The notes under the pieces were generated by a model. That model was not told the origin of the DNA, ran no database searches, and was given only the letters and a program-made list of their open reading frames with translations. A DNA stretch of 64,000 nt from IMG/VR virus record IMGVR_UViG_3300021426_000001. One strand, 5' to 3'. This DNA comes from a virus. Its lineage: Duplodnaviria; Caudoviricetes. Both the position numbers and the translations under genes were made by a program. Of this stretch, positions 18,688-29,006 are shown in pieces. The stretch's first letter is position 1, and every line of letters begins with the position of its first letter.

Positions 18688-19496
18688 TGGACCAGACGCT
18701 ATCAAAGATTTTCGGTGGACTCGAAGATGACGGAATGGGCGGACTGAACACCGTCAACCACGACGATAAGAAGTTCAAAGAGACATGGACTGGAAAGGTC
18801 GTAGACAACAAGGATCCGTTCCGAATGGGCCGAGTGAAGATCAGGATCTTCGGAAGATATGACGGAGTGGACGACGCAGCTCTTCCGTGGGCTATGCCAG
18901 AGTGCGCATATCTAGGATCTTCAACTGCCAACCTAGTCATTCCGACTGAGGACGCTATAGTTCGTGGCTACTTCGAGAACGGCGATCCGTATAAGCCAAT
19001 CTACACTGGAATGATCACTCAGATGAATCCAGTAGAAGCAGCAGTCAAGGCTTTCACTGGACTCGCTAGTCCAGGAGAGACTATTCTGGATGAAGCTACG
19101 AACGATCTAGACTATCCGAACGTGATGGTTCTGGGAAAGACTGATGACGGCGAAGCAGTCATAGTAAACAGATCAAACGGCCAGATCAAGATAAATCACA
19201 GATCTGGCCTGAAGATTCAGATCGACCCTAACGGCAGCATCACGGTCGAGCAGTCGATGTCTAAGAAGATCACCAATCCGCTTCCAGCGAAGATGGACGT
19301 GACTATCGAGGGAGACACTAATCTAACAGCTAACGGAGACGTAAATCTCACCGCTAAGATGAACGTCAACATCAACGGAGTGACTGGAGACGTGAATCTC
19401 GGAAGAAACGGACTCAAGCAGCTGATCTGCGCTCATCCAGTATGCTTCGTCACTGGCGCTCCGACTAACGGTGGAAACACTAACGTGAAGGCTTAG
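18687..19496 (+). CDS. baseplate central spike (gp5/gpV-like OB fold, no lysozyme domain)
   Basis: WTGKVVDNKDPFRMGRVKIRIFG...LPWA motif; beta-repeat C-terminus ending in CFVTGAP. Confidence 0.85.
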   Translation: MDQTLSKIFGGLEDDGMGGLNTVNHDDKKFKETWTGKVVDNKDPFRMGRVKIRIFGRYDGVDDAALPWAMPECAYLGSSTANLVIPTEDAIVRGYFENGDPYKPIYTGMITQMNPVEAAVKAFTGLASPGETILDEATNDLDYPNVMVLGKTDDGEAVIVNRSNGQIKINHRSGLKIQIDPNGSITVEQSMSKKITNPLPAKMDVTIEGDTNLTANGDVNLTAKMNVNINGVTGDVNLGRNGLKQLICAHPVCFVTGAPTNGGNTNVKA

Positions 19497-20062
19497 ACCT
19501 TTCCAGCTTCTCTGTCAATCTTAGCGTGCTTGAATCCGAGGTCTATTGCTTGCTTCACGGTGATGACATCGCCTAGCTTCAAGCCTAGCTCGTTCTTTCC
19601 GTCTGCGCTCAGAGTAGACGGCTTCAACGGTTCACCTGGATGGAACGTGAACATGCACTCGCCGTAGCCGTCATCTCCAGTTATCAGAATCGTATATGCG
19701 CACTTCATCATGTCGCCGTTGAAAGGCTTGATGCTGAGCGACAGCTTTCCGGTTCCCTTCGGATCGATCAGGTAGCACTTCATGTCTTCTGGAAGCACTT
19801 CGAGCGAAACCATCCCGACCCAGCCGTTGAGATGCTGATCGTGAGTGATAAACGCGTGGCAGCCAGCAGCGATGTTCTCGTGATAGTATGGCTCCCACAT
19901 AGCGTGCATGAGCGCCCACTCCAAGTCGCGAACGTCCGAGTAGTCATAGCAGCTGCCCTTTCCGAAGAGAAGACGCTGCTCAAGGCACTTCTTGAAGTAT
20001 TCTGGATCGTGCTCCTTAGTTCTCAGAATGCACGCTCTTACGTGTTCAGTCGTAGATTTCAT
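19493..20062 (-). CDS. hypothetical protein
   Basis: ORF with AGGAG SD, in an early minus-strand operon. Confidence 0.75.
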   Translation of the reverse strand: MKSTTEHVRACILRTKEHDPEYFKKCLEQRLLFGKGSCYDYSDVRDLEWALMHAMWEPYYHENIAAGCHAFITHDQHLNGWVGMVSLEVLPEDMKCYLIDPKGTGKLSLSIKPFNGDMMKCAYTILITGDDGYGECMFTFHPGEPLKPSTLSADGKNELGLKLGDVITVKQAIDLGFKHAKIDREAGKV

Positions 20063-20073
20063 TGCTTAGTCTC

Positions 20074-20484
20074 CTAGAAGTTAGTCGAGATGATCTCTTT
20101 CCACTTCAGCCAGTTGTTGATTGTGAACGACAGCGATGTCACGTTCTTCAGCGTCTCTTCGAGCCAGCCCATGTAGTACCGCTGCTCGATCAGCGCCTTG
20201 TTGATCTTCGCAACGGCTTCGTCAAGGTAGCACTGCTCGTCAAGTTCTTTCGACGTGTATGCGAAACCATCGCCCTTCATCTTGTTCTTCGCCTTCGCTT
20301 TAGACTCTTCGAGCTTGTCTTCGAGCGTAGCGACGACGGCGACTTGCTGGCGGTAAGCGTCAATGTACTTCTGCTTGATGCCTGGAATCTTCATGTTGAA
20401 TTCCATCAAGTCGTCGTGGTTCTCTGGAAGTACTGTGTCTTCCTGCGCCATCTTCTGATACAGCAAAAAGTCTTCTTTTTTCAT
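20074..20484 (-). CDS. uvsY: recombination mediator UvsY-like protein
   Basis: Size, helical pattern and C-terminal FTINNWLKWKE; GGAGGAG SD before the ATG at 20484; next to gp46/47. Confidence 0.65.
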   Translation of the reverse strand: MKKEDFLLYQKMAQEDTVLPENHDDLMEFNMKIPGIKQKYIDAYRQQVAVVATLEDKLEESKAKAKNKMKGDGFAYTSKELDEQCYLDEAVAKINKALIEQRYYMGWLEETLKNVTSLSFTINNWLKWKEIISTNF

Positions 20485-20645
20485 TACGACTCCTCCAGCC
20501 ACTTCATGAACTGGTCACGATCAGTCACAATATCTCCATCTATCTCTTCGAGGAGCTTCTTCGCCGAGTACTTGCGACCCTCCGAACGGAGTTCGCCATA
20601 CTTTTCGATTTTCTCCATAATCGATTTTTTCTTGTTAGAGTCCAT
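20484..20645 (-). CDS. small hypothetical early protein, 53 aa (MDSNKKKSIMEKIEKY...)
   Basis: Lies between an early promoter and uvsY; AGAGG SD; TAATG coupling. Confidence 0.65.
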   Translation of the reverse strand: MDSNKKKSIMEKIEKYGELRSEGRKYSAKKLLEEIDGDIVTDRDQFMKWLEES

Positions 20646-20668
20646 AAGGAACCTCTCTTGTTATGCAC

Positions 20669-20697
20669 AATATAGGAATTTACTCTCATTTTGTAAA
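20669..20697 (-). promoter_or_regulatory. early promoter TTTACA-N17-TATATT (minus strand)
   Basis: Conserved early motif. Confidence 0.8.
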
Positions 20698-20751
20698 CCC
20701 CTATCACTCGAAATCCTCAAAAGCGCCAAAATTGTATATTTAACCCGAAAT

Positions 20752-22518
20752 ATGTACGTGAAATTCAAGAAAATCAGATTCCGCAACTTCATGTCCTACG
20801 GCAACGGCTGGACGGAAGTGAACTTCGGATCAAAGCTGACCATCATCAACGCAGTGAACGGATCGGGCAAGTCGTCCATCGTGGACGCTATCTCTTTCGT
20901 TCTCTTCGGAAAGCCGTATAGAGAGATCAACATCAAGAGCCTCGTGAATCTCATCAACAAGCGCCATGCCGAAGTGGAGATCGACTTCGACATCGGCAGC
21001 GACTCATATCACATGATGAGAGGGCTGCAGCCGTCAAAGTTCGAGATGACCAAGAACGGCGAGACGGTTGATCTGCTGTCCTCGAAGAAGCTAAATCAGG
21101 TAGAGATCGACAAGATTCTCGGCGTAAAGTATCTTCTCTTCAAGAACGTGATGTGCATTGGCGCAATCTCAAATGTGCCGTTCTTCAACATGAGCGTCCC
21201 TGACAGACGCGAGCTACTGGAGACCATCTTCGGACTCTCGAACATTGCAGAGATGCTGAAGGACGTGAAGCTGAGAAACAGCAACAACAAGTCGGCGCTA
21301 GTGAGCAAGCGAGCTTCGAGAGATGCCGTCAAGACCTGCATCGAGAACACGAAGACCTTCATCGCTGACACGATCCAGAAGTCTAAGAAGTTCGAAGAGA
21401 ACCAAGCTGCAAGAATAGCTAAGATTCGAGAGCACATCGACGAGATCACTGACGAGATGATGAAGCACAAGATGAACGCTTCGAAGTGCCAAGCGAAGCT
21501 GGAGGAGCTGAAGCCCAAGTTCGACATCTTGGAGATCGACAGACTCAAGAAGTCGTTTGATCAGATGAATGAAGTCTTGGCTGTGAACCTCGCTAGATAC
21601 AAGGAGATCCGAGAGAAGCTGTCGAACCGAGACAAAGCCGTCTGTCCTATATGCGGAACGGACCTCTCAAGCGAAGAGGCTGTGAAGTATTTCGAGAAGC
21701 TTGAGAGGGAGTCCGCTAGCCTCTTGGAAGAGCGAAAGAGGGTGAACGCCGAGATGGAGGAAGCGACTGCCGCTTACAACGAGAACACGAACAACCTCAA
21801 CTTCTACACGAAGGTAGAGCAGAGAAAGCAGCAAGAGCTTGACGCCATGACTCCGCTAGAGAAGTCGATTCTCTTCAACGAGAAGCAGATCTACGACATC
21901 GAAAAAGAGACCAACGACTTCGACGTTACCGAGCACAACAAGAGTCTGGAATCCTACCAGAGCCAGGAGACGCAGCTGAACAAGGAGATCGATGAGCTAG
22001 AAGAGAAGATCGCAGTCGACATCGACTTGGCCTCTATTCTCTCAGATGACGGAATCAAGCGCTACTTCTTTGACGAGATCGTTCCGGTGCTCAACATCAA
22101 AGTGAACGAGTACATCAAGAAGTTCGGCTTGGATCACGAGATCGAGTTCGACAACGGACTCAACTACCAGATCCGTCGTGGTCAGCTCGAGATGGAGTAC
22201 AACGGCCTCTCGAACGGCGAGAAGACCAGAGTGAACGTCGCTATGATGCTCACCTTCTACGACATCGCAAAGCAGCTGTCCAACTGGAGCTGCTCTATAT
22301 TGTTCATGGACGAGATCTTCGACACTGGCATTGACGCAGACGGAATCAACTCGTTCCTTCAGGAGCTTCTCGGAATGCTAAATCGCGACGAGAAACTCGG
22401 CGTGTACTTAATTTCGCACAAGCTAAATGAATTAAATTTGAACAATATAGAGTATGATACGATGAAGGTCTACAAGAACGGACTCTTCAGCAAGATACAC
22501 ATGAAGGAAAGCAAATGA
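20752..22518 (+). CDS. recombination endonuclease ATPase subunit (T4 gp46/SbcC/Rad50-like)
   Basis: FKKIRFRNFMSYGN, Walker A NGSGKS, CPIC zinc hook, LSNGEK signature, FMDE Walker B; true start is the ATG at 20752. Confidence 0.95.
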   Translation: MYVKFKKIRFRNFMSYGNGWTEVNFGSKLTIINAVNGSGKSSIVDAISFVLFGKPYREINIKSLVNLINKRHAEVEIDFDIGSDSYHMMRGLQPSKFEMTKNGETVDLLSSKKLNQVEIDKILGVKYLLFKNVMCIGAISNVPFFNMSVPDRRELLETIFGLSNIAEMLKDVKLRNSNNKSALVSKRASRDAVKTCIENTKTFIADTIQKSKKFEENQAARIAKIREHIDEITDEMMKHKMNASKCQAKLEELKPKFDILEIDRLKKSFDQMNEVLAVNLARYKEIREKLSNRDKAVCPICGTDLSSEEAVKYFEKLERESASLLEERKRVNAEMEEATAAYNENTNNLNFYTKVEQRKQQELDAMTPLEKSILFNEKQIYDIEKETNDFDVTEHNKSLESYQSQETQLNKEIDELEEKIAVDIDLASILSDDGIKRYFFDEIVPVLNIKVNEYIKKFGLDHEIEFDNGLNYQIRRGQLEMEYNGLSNGEKTRVNVAMMLTFYDIAKQLSNWSCSILFMDEIFDTGIDADGINSFLQELLGMLNRDEKLGVYLISHKLNELNLNNIEYDTMKVYKNGLFSKIHMKESK

Positions 22519-23597
22519 GAGTAGCGCTAACAGGAGACCTTCACTTCGGCGTGAAGGACAGCGACAAGACATTCCAGAACTCGCAGTTCGAGTTCATGGC
22601 GCAGATGGTGATGGAGTGCAAGGCAGAGAAGATCAGCGAGATCTTCATCCTAGGCGATCTGTTCGACACGAGACACAGTCTGAACGTGTTGACGCTCGAC
22701 CGAGTTATCGACTTCTTCCTTGACCACGAGGACGACGAGGTTACTTTCCACATTCTGCTAGGAAACCACGACCTCTACTACAAGAACTCGCTTCTCGTCA
22801 ACTCTCTGAAAGTTCTGCGGGGAATCCGCAACATCAGGATCTACGATCACCCTAAGCAAGTCGGAATCACTCACAGACCGATGGAAGATGGAAACAAGAT
22901 GGTCGTCTTCGACACGCTAGTCGTTCCGTGGGTGACGGACTACGAGCAGTTCAGAAACGAGGTCATCGGAAAATATCCAGAGACGAAGAGGATCTTCGGT
23001 CACTTCGATGTCATCGGCGCCAAGATGGACAACTTCCAGGTCTCTGAGAACGGCTTCGAGAAGGAGGAGCTTCTCAACTCTTGGCAGTATGTCTACTCTG
23101 GCCACTATCACCACCACTCGGAGACGGTAGTCGGAGACAAGAGACTGGTATACATCGGAAGTCCGTATCAGATCACGAGGGCTGAGATCGAGCCAAAGGG
23201 CTACTACATCCTTGACACAGACGACGAGTCACTCACCTTCAAGCGCAACACATGCTGCATCGAGTACAAGAAGCTGACATATCCGGAGTTCCCAGAGGAT
23301 CCAGATGACTTCATCACTGGCAACATCGTGGACGTGGAAATTTCGTGGGAAGACTCTAAGTACATGAACAAGGTGAACGAGTACCTTGAGAGAGTAGAGA
23401 GCTACAATCCAGCATACCCAGTCAACGCCATCTATCAGAAGAAGAAAGAAAACGCGTCAACCATGAAGATCGACGCGTCAAAGATAACGATCCTGTCGCT
23501 CGGCAAGAAATACATCGACGACAGTCAAGACATCAAGAACAAAGCTAAAGTCTACTCAGAGTTCAAGGATTTGTACTCGAAGTACTCGGTTCAGTAG
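22515..23597 (+). CDS. recombination endonuclease nuclease subunit (T4 gp47/SbcD/Mre11-like)
   Basis: GDLHFG, GDLFD, GNHD, GHF and SGHYH metallophosphoesterase motifs. Confidence 0.95.
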   Translation: MRVALTGDLHFGVKDSDKTFQNSQFEFMAQMVMECKAEKISEIFILGDLFDTRHSLNVLTLDRVIDFFLDHEDDEVTFHILLGNHDLYYKNSLLVNSLKVLRGIRNIRIYDHPKQVGITHRPMEDGNKMVVFDTLVVPWVTDYEQFRNEVIGKYPETKRIFGHFDVIGAKMDNFQVSENGFEKEELLNSWQYVYSGHYHHHSETVVGDKRLVYIGSPYQITRAEIEPKGYYILDTDDESLTFKRNTCCIEYKKLTYPEFPEDPDDFITGNIVDVEISWEDSKYMNKVNEYLERVESYNPAYPVNAIYQKKKENASTMKIDASKITILSLGKKYIDDSQDIKNKAKVYSEFKDLYSKYSVQ

Positions 23598-23697
23598 CTT
23601 CGCTCTTCTTACCTTTCCTCTTAGCGCTCGTCTCTTCGACGGGCGTTTCTTTTTGCTGTTCTGGCTTGCTGTATGGCGTTCTTACTCTGACTCCCAT
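23563..23697 (-). CDS. small hypothetical protein, 44 aa (MGVRVRTPYSKPEQ...)
   Basis: AGGAG SD; last gene of the minus-strand operon; overlaps the 3' end of gp47. Confidence 0.5.
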   Translation of the reverse strand: MGVRVRTPYSKPEQQKETPVEETSAKRKGKKSEATEPSTSSTNP

Positions 23698-23708
23698 AGT
23701 GTTTCTCC

Positions 23709-24083
23709 TTAGTTTATTTCAAGAGCGTCCTTGAGCTCTTTTGGCAAAAATTTGTCTAGCATCCTGATGGTCTTGAACTTCTGATCTTTGACGAGCTGCT
23801 TCACGCAGCTCCTGGCTTGCGTGATGAAGAACGGATCATTGACCATGCTCTTCGTGAACTCGTCGACTTCCTCGTCCGTCAGGTGCATGACTAGGTTCTG
23901 GTTCTTGTTTCTGTTGAGGGTTACGAGCTTCTTCAACGCGTAGAGATTGATCAGCTGGACCACCCACATCTTCGGCTTGTCCTCGGCGCAGAAATCCCAG
24001 ATCTTCGGCTCATCGACTTCATTGTCCATGTCCAGAAAGACATGAGGCTGTTCGAGAATCAGCTCTTCTACTATGTATCTCAT
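23709..24083 (-). CDS. hypothetical protein
   Basis: ATG at 24083 coupled to the upstream stop (TGATG). Confidence 0.7.
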   Translation of the reverse strand: MRYIVEELILEQPHVFLDMDNEVDEPKIWDFCAEDKPKMWVVQLINLYALKKLVTLNRNKNQNLVMHLTDEEVDEFTKSMVNDPFFITQARSCVKQLVKDQKFKTIRMLDKFLPKELKDALEIN

Positions 24084-24595
24084 CAGTTCGATCCAGTCAA
24101 GCTGTTGTAGAATACGATGACAGCGGCGCACAGCTTGAGCGCGTCAAGGTCTCTGTCCTTATATAGCGTGATCTGAGCGAACGACTTTGGCGAGCAGTTG
24201 TCCCAGTTGTGCCAGTCGAACTTAGCATTTTGAACTGCTTGCATCACGTTCTTGCATGCGCCACGGATCTGAGACTCGAAGTCCTTGATCTGCTGGCCCA
24301 TAGTGTCATACTTCGTCACCTTCCCGCAGTCATTCTGGAACGCCTTGTGGATTCCCTCTATGACTGCCTTAGCGACATCTACCTGCGGTCTTATCGTATC
24401 TGCCAGGCTAGATCTGATGGATCCAGAAGCTGGCTGAGACTGTGGCGCTGGCGCTGTCTGCTGTTGAGGCGCTGGCGCTGGTGCGGGAGCTTGAGCAGGC
24501 TGTTGCTGCTGAGACTGCTGTGCTGGCGATGGCGCTGCTGGCGCATCTTCGTTCAGCTTATGTCTTCTTATTGCGAAGTCCTTGAAAGTCTTCAT
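24083..24595 (-). CDS. putative internal head protein
   Basis: N-terminus MKTFKDF...KLNE resembles a T4 capsid-targeting sequence; P/A/Q-rich linker. Confidence 0.65.
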   Translation of the reverse strand: MKTFKDFAIRRHKLNEDAPAAPSPAQQSQQQQPAQAPAPAPAPQQQTAPAPQSQPASGSIRSSLADTIRPQVDVAKAVIEGIHKAFQNDCGKVTKYDTMGQQIKDFESQIRGACKNVMQAVQNAKFDWHNWDNCSPKSFAQITLYKDRDLDALKLCAAVIVFYNSLTGSN

Positions 24596-26898
24596 TGCTT
24601 TTCTCCGTTCTGCTCTGTATTCTGCTGTTGAGGCTGTTGTTGAGGCTGCTGTTGCTGCTGTGGCTCTTTCTTCTCTTCAGTCTGCGCCAGGTTGATGACA
24701 GAGAACGGAATTCCGTTCTCGCCGAAGATCTCCTTGGCGTCTTCTTGGTAGATCTTGGCTGGCTGTGCTGTCACTCGCTTAGCCTGCTCTAGTCTAGGAT
24801 CTACCGTCTTGATGAACTTCTCGATGTTCGTGAAGTCGCAGTCCTTGATCGTGAGGAACTGAGTCACGTTAGTCACGCTCTGGAGTGAAGCGATGATTCT
24901 GAATTCGCGATTGAGCTCGTCGCCGAATCCCTGAACCTTGCTTCTGAGGGCAGTCAGGCTCTTTCTAGCTACAGCAGTGACTTCTTGCAGCTTGAGATTC
25001 TTGATTCCCGTTATAGAGATGTTCATGCTCTTCAGACTGTTGAACTGAGCGTGAGCCTTGAGGGCTGAGATGTATCTCGTGTACTGATCGAGAATCTCGT
25101 CGAAGAACTGTGCGATAGCGTAGAACGTAGAGTATCTGCCGTCCTTGATCAGATCTCGCTTAAGATCGACGTTTCTCTGAATCATGCGTGAGAGAACAGG
25201 ATCCTTCTTTATCCAGTGCTCGACGCCGTGAGTGAGCTCGAAGACGAAGGTCGGCTTCTCTTGCTGAGTCTTCTGCTCTTCAGCTTCGAGAACCATAGAC
25301 TCTGACAGAGCCTGATCAATTTTCGCTGGATCGACTCGAACTCTAGCAGCGATCATCTTCTTCTGGCCGTCGTTCAGATCAGACCACTTGTCCTTCTGGA
25401 AGAAGTTGTGCATCGTCTTCTGTATGGTGCTCTTCTGCTCGTCTGTGAGCTCGGACTTCTGATCCTGAGACTTCGTCTCTTCCTGCTTCTGCTCAGGCTT
25501 CTTTTCTGGCTCCTTCTGCTCTTCGCCGTTCTTGATTGTGAACGGCTGGAACGAGAACTGACGGAACGCTTCCTGATGTCCGTAAGTGCCAGCGAAAGCT
25601 CTGAGAAGCAGATAGATGAGGAAGTTGTAGCGGAGAATCACGTTTGCGACTTTCTCCTGAATCTTCTCGTTCTCGTCTTGCTGCTTGACTGGCTCTTGCT
25701 GCTGTGGATTCTCGTCTTCTCCAGCGTCAGCTGCGCTATTCTGTTCGTTCTCTTCCTGCTTCGCACCTTCTGGGTCTGGCTCGATAGTAGCTTCGTTGAC
25801 GAGATCTCTAGAAGTGATGGACAGATTCAGTGCAGCGAGTCGTGATGCGAGATCCATAGACTCTTTTTGCTGTTCTTGCTGTGGCTGCTCTTTCTGCTCT
25901 TTAGGCTCTTCATTCGGTTGAACTCCGAGAACTTGGAGATCGTCTTCGAACTTCCAGCCCTTCATCACTGTTCTCTGAAGCTGCTGGACGCTCTGTGAGA
26001 ATGTCTTCTTGTTTGCAGCCTCTGACTCAGCGTTCATGTTGTCGAGATCGAGTCCGAGCTTCTTGTACTCGTCCTGAGCCTGCTTGTTCTCACGGACCTT
26101 TCTCATATTCTCTTTGATCTTCGGCCAAGCTGCCTTGCGGAAGTAAGAGTTCGGGTTGAGGAGCTCATGCAGTCCGAAGAAGAAGATCTTCAGCGGAGCT
26201 GTGAGAATGTTCGTAGTAGAGCCCATGACCGTGTCGTACGCCTTGTTCTTCGCATCGCCGACAGCGGTCTTGAGGGAGTCATAAGTGCCCTTGCCCCAGA
26301 ACTTTCCGCCCTCCTTTGAGCTGACGAACTGATCGATGGCGCCAGTCTCTTGAATCTTCTTCCAAGTCTTGTACTTCGTCTGAGCTGCCTCGGCTTCTCT
26401 CAGGACTGTGTCTCCGAGAGCGGCAGCTACGATCTTCTTCTGCTGATCCGAGAATTCGATGTTTCCGCCCTTCTGGATCTCTGCCTTAGCGTCTGACTCT
26501 GCCTTCTCTTGAATATTCTCTAGCTTTCCGAGAGCAGTGTTGTAGCCTGAAACTTCCTTCATCTGTCTAAGGAACTTGCTGTCGATGTTGACTTCTGATA
26601 GAGCTTTGTCAAGCTTCTCGTAGTCGATCTTGTTGTTGTCAGTTCTGTTGAGAAGCATCAAGCATCTGAGAGCTGCGTCATACTCGACCAGCTCGCCATA
26701 AGTCTCGAACTCCTCGACTCCAGAGAAAGCAGTCTGGAGATTCTCTTTGCTCGGCTTGCCGGGATTTACTTCCTTGAGCATATCGCCGACAGTGATCATG
26801 TGAAGCACGAAAGCCTGAAATCTTCTCTTGTAAGTGTTGTAGACGCAGTCCCTGTTCGAAAACGCTTCTACGATGTCTCTGCTAGTCCATTTAGCCAT
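24592..26898 (-). CDS. large putative internal head/core protein with Q/E-rich linkers
   Basis: Late promoter at 26924-26931; several L/V-x-E candidate cleavage motifs (IVE, VLRE, LVNE, VLE). Confidence 0.55.
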   Translation of the reverse strand: MAKWTSRDIVEAFSNRDCVYNTYKRRFQAFVLHMITVGDMLKEVNPGKPSKENLQTAFSGVEEFETYGELVEYDAALRCLMLLNRTDNNKIDYEKLDKALSEVNIDSKFLRQMKEVSGYNTALGKLENIQEKAESDAKAEIQKGGNIEFSDQQKKIVAAALGDTVLREAEAAQTKYKTWKKIQETGAIDQFVSSKEGGKFWGKGTYDSLKTAVGDAKNKAYDTVMGSTTNILTAPLKIFFFGLHELLNPNSYFRKAAWPKIKENMRKVRENKQAQDEYKKLGLDLDNMNAESEAANKKTFSQSVQQLQRTVMKGWKFEDDLQVLGVQPNEEPKEQKEQPQQEQQKESMDLASRLAALNLSITSRDLVNEATIEPDPEGAKQEENEQNSAADAGEDENPQQQEPVKQQDENEKIQEKVANVILRYNFLIYLLLRAFAGTYGHQEAFRQFSFQPFTIKNGEEQKEPEKKPEQKQEETKSQDQKSELTDEQKSTIQKTMHNFFQKDKWSDLNDGQKKMIAARVRVDPAKIDQALSESMVLEAEEQKTQQEKPTFVFELTHGVEHWIKKDPVLSRMIQRNVDLKRDLIKDGRYSTFYAIAQFFDEILDQYTRYISALKAHAQFNSLKSMNISITGIKNLKLQEVTAVARKSLTALRSKVQGFGDELNREFRIIASLQSVTNVTQFLTIKDCDFTNIEKFIKTVDPRLEQAKRVTAQPAKIYQEDAKEIFGENGIPFSVINLAQTEEKKEPQQQQQPQQQPQQQNTEQNGEKQ

Positions 26899-26993
26899 AC
26901 AACTTCCTTGCTGTGATACGATTTATTTATACACAAGAGAAACGCTGCTGAGAGACCCAGCAGCGCCCATTTATTTCACGGAGTAGACGGAAA

Positions 26994-27410
26994 TTAGTCT
27001 TCGTCCATCGAGCCGTAGACGTTCTCGTTGTCCATTGCGCTTACTACAGCAGCTGCCTGTTCAGCGTCAGCGGATCCGTCGTCTTCGTACTCGACCTTGT
27101 CGATGATGCTCTTGATGGCTTCGAGCTCGGCCTTCGTCACCTGAATGGTGAAGAGTTCGCCGTCATCTTCTGGAGTAGATCCTGCTGGAGTCTCAGCCGT
27201 TGCGCCTGCTTCTGGCGGAACTTGTGCTGGAGCGCCCTCGTCTTCCTTCAGAACCTTGTAGCCGTGAGCCTCGGCAACCTTGATTGCCTCCTGGATCATA
27301 GCTTCCTTGTCGTCCTGCTTAGCAGACTCGCCCACCACCTTGTAGCCGTGAGCCTCTGCCACCTTGATAGCTTCGTCGAGCTGTTCTTGAGTGATTTTAG
27401 AGTCCTTCAT
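26994..27410 (-). CDS. putative acidic head protein with a duplicated EAIKVAEAHGYKV motif
   Basis: Late promoter at 27431-27438; internal tandem repeat. Confidence 0.65.
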   Translation of the reverse strand: MKDSKITQEQLDEAIKVAEAHGYKVVGESAKQDDKEAMIQEAIKVAEAHGYKVLKEDEGAPAQVPPEAGATAETPAGSTPEDDGELFTIQVTKAELEAIKSIIDKVEYEDDGSADAEQAAAVVSAMDNENVYGSMDED

Positions 27411-27444
27411 GGTATTTCCTCTCTTTTTGTTATTTATAGAATTC

Positions 27445-27912
27445 TTACGATCTTCTTCCGTTCATTGCGATTCTCTTGATAGCGTCACGCAAGTCTTGGA
27501 CGATGATCTGTTCGTTCGCGACCAGCCCGTAAGCGCTCGCGAAGGTAGATTTAAGCTCTTTGGCCTTTCTCGTGATGGCGTCTCGCAGCTCTGGATCCTG
27601 TGGATAGATGAGAGCTTGTGCGATCTGCGTGTCGTCGAGATTAGCAGTTTTGCAATAATCGGTGTAGCCGACCACTATCTCGGAAGCGACTTCGCGAACC
27701 ATCGGCAAGATGACTGATGGATCTGCGAACTGCTCGTTGACAGAGTCAGTGTTCAACTCTTCATTCTGGCCGGGCGGAGTGTCATCCTGGATGATCAGCT
27801 TAGCGCCACAACACGGACAGACTGGATTGGAGAGATTCACTACGTAAGCGTTCTCTTCATCGTCCAGTCTCTCTAGAATTCTCAGAGCACCCTGTTGAGT
27901 TTCTGAAAGCAC
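27445..27912 (-). CDS. hypothetical protein with a CPCC motif
   Basis: Operon ORF with a GTG start and an SD. Confidence 0.7.
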   Translation of the reverse strand: MLSETQQGALRILERLDDEENAYVVNLSNPVCPCCGAKLIIQDDTPPGQNEELNTDSVNEQFADPSVILPMVREVASEIVVGYTDYCKTANLDDTQIAQALIYPQDPELRDAITRKAKELKSTFASAYGLVANEQIIVQDLRDAIKRIAMNGRRS

Positions 27913-27915
27913 GAC

Positions 27916-28968
27916 TTATTCCTCGTCTTTCTTCTCTTCCGTATTCTTGTTCTCGTCAGACTTCTTGGAATCGTCGGACTTCTTCTCGTCCTTGTCCTTG
28001 TCATCCTTTCCAGTCTTCTTGTCGTCATCGCAGCATCCGCTCTTGCATCCGCCCTTGACTCCAGTTTCGACCTTAGCGTCCTTGTAGAGCTTCATGAAGG
28101 AGAGCTTCTCGTCTACCTTCTGCTCTTCGTTGACTGCTTGTGCTTCAGCTGGCTTGTACTCTTCACCGAGCAGCTCCTTCTTGAGAGCGAGCTTAGCCTC
28201 GTCGATCTTGTGACGGATCTTGGCCTTGATAGCAGTCTCTAGGATAGGATCGAGCTTGTAGAGCTTGCCTGACTCGACGATTCCGATGATAGAACCAGAT
28301 GTGCTGTTGAGCATCTTTCCGAACTTCTTGTTTGCGCGATAGTTCTCTGACTTGAGCTCGTCGCCCTCGGCAGACTCGTCGAGACGGGAAGTGTCGTCAT
28401 CGTCGTCCTGAGACTCGTTCGGCTTGTCTTCAGTGTTCGGCTCAGCTGCCTGCGCTGGCTGTTGCTGTTGCTGATCTCCACCCTGTGCTGGCGGCTGTTC
28501 GTCCTGACCTGCAGCAGCTGCATTGTCAAGATCGAGATCTAGGTTTGGCGGAGCGTTCTGAGCGCTCTGGTCTCCACCCTCTGAAGCTGGTGCCGGTTCT
28601 GCAGGTGCTGGCTCTGCTGGAGCAGGTTCTGCTGGTGCCGGTTCAGCCGGAGCTGGTTCTGCGGCTGGCTGCTGACCCATGTTCTCTACCTTGTCGGTGA
28701 GCTTCTGTAGTGCGACAGCCTGGTTGTTGATAAGATCCTTGAGACCGCTTAGAGTCTGGTTCAGATTCTCGATAGCGCTAGCTTCTTGGCTAGCCTGAGA
28801 GCTCTGCTGAGCGGATCCCGTGCCACCAAGAAGATCTGCGAAATCATCGTCGTCGCTAGGTGTCGTAGCTTCTGGAGCGCCTGCGATATTTTCGGCAGTA
28901 GCTGGCTTCTGAGCGATGTCAGAGAGGAAATCCTCGTTCACTGCAGCTTTTTGGTTCTTAATTGTCAT
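27916..28968 (-). CDS. acidic low-complexity prohead core-like protein with PAEPA repeats
   Basis: Late promoter at 28999-29006; VNE/LDE motifs; AEPAP repeats. Confidence 0.6.
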   Translation of the reverse strand: MTIKNQKAAVNEDFLSDIAQKPATAENIAGAPEATTPSDDDDFADLLGGTGSAQQSSQASQEASAIENLNQTLSGLKDLINNQAVALQKLTDKVENMGQQPAAEPAPAEPAPAEPAPAEPAPAEPAPASEGGDQSAQNAPPNLDLDLDNAAAAGQDEQPPAQGGDQQQQQPAQAAEPNTEDKPNESQDDDDDTSRLDESAEGDELKSENYRANKKFGKMLNSTSGSIIGIVESGKLYKLDPILETAIKAKIRHKIDEAKLALKKELLGEEYKPAEAQAVNEEQKVDEKLSFMKLYKDAKVETGVKGGCKSGCCDDDKKTGKDDKDKDEKKSDDSKKSDENKNTEEKKDEE

Positions 28969-29006
28969 ATTTAACACCCTTCTAGTATTGCTTTAGATTA
29001 TTTATA

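Noticed and set aside
20642-20651. 10-nt match between the 46620 loop and the leader of the gene starting at 20645
   Set aside because: It is identical to that mRNA rather than complementary, so it cannot pair; probably chance.
20062-20751. N-terminal 230-aa extension of gp46 in the ORF track
   Set aside because: It is the antisense shadow of uvsY and its upstream gene; gp46 homology begins at the ATG at 20752.
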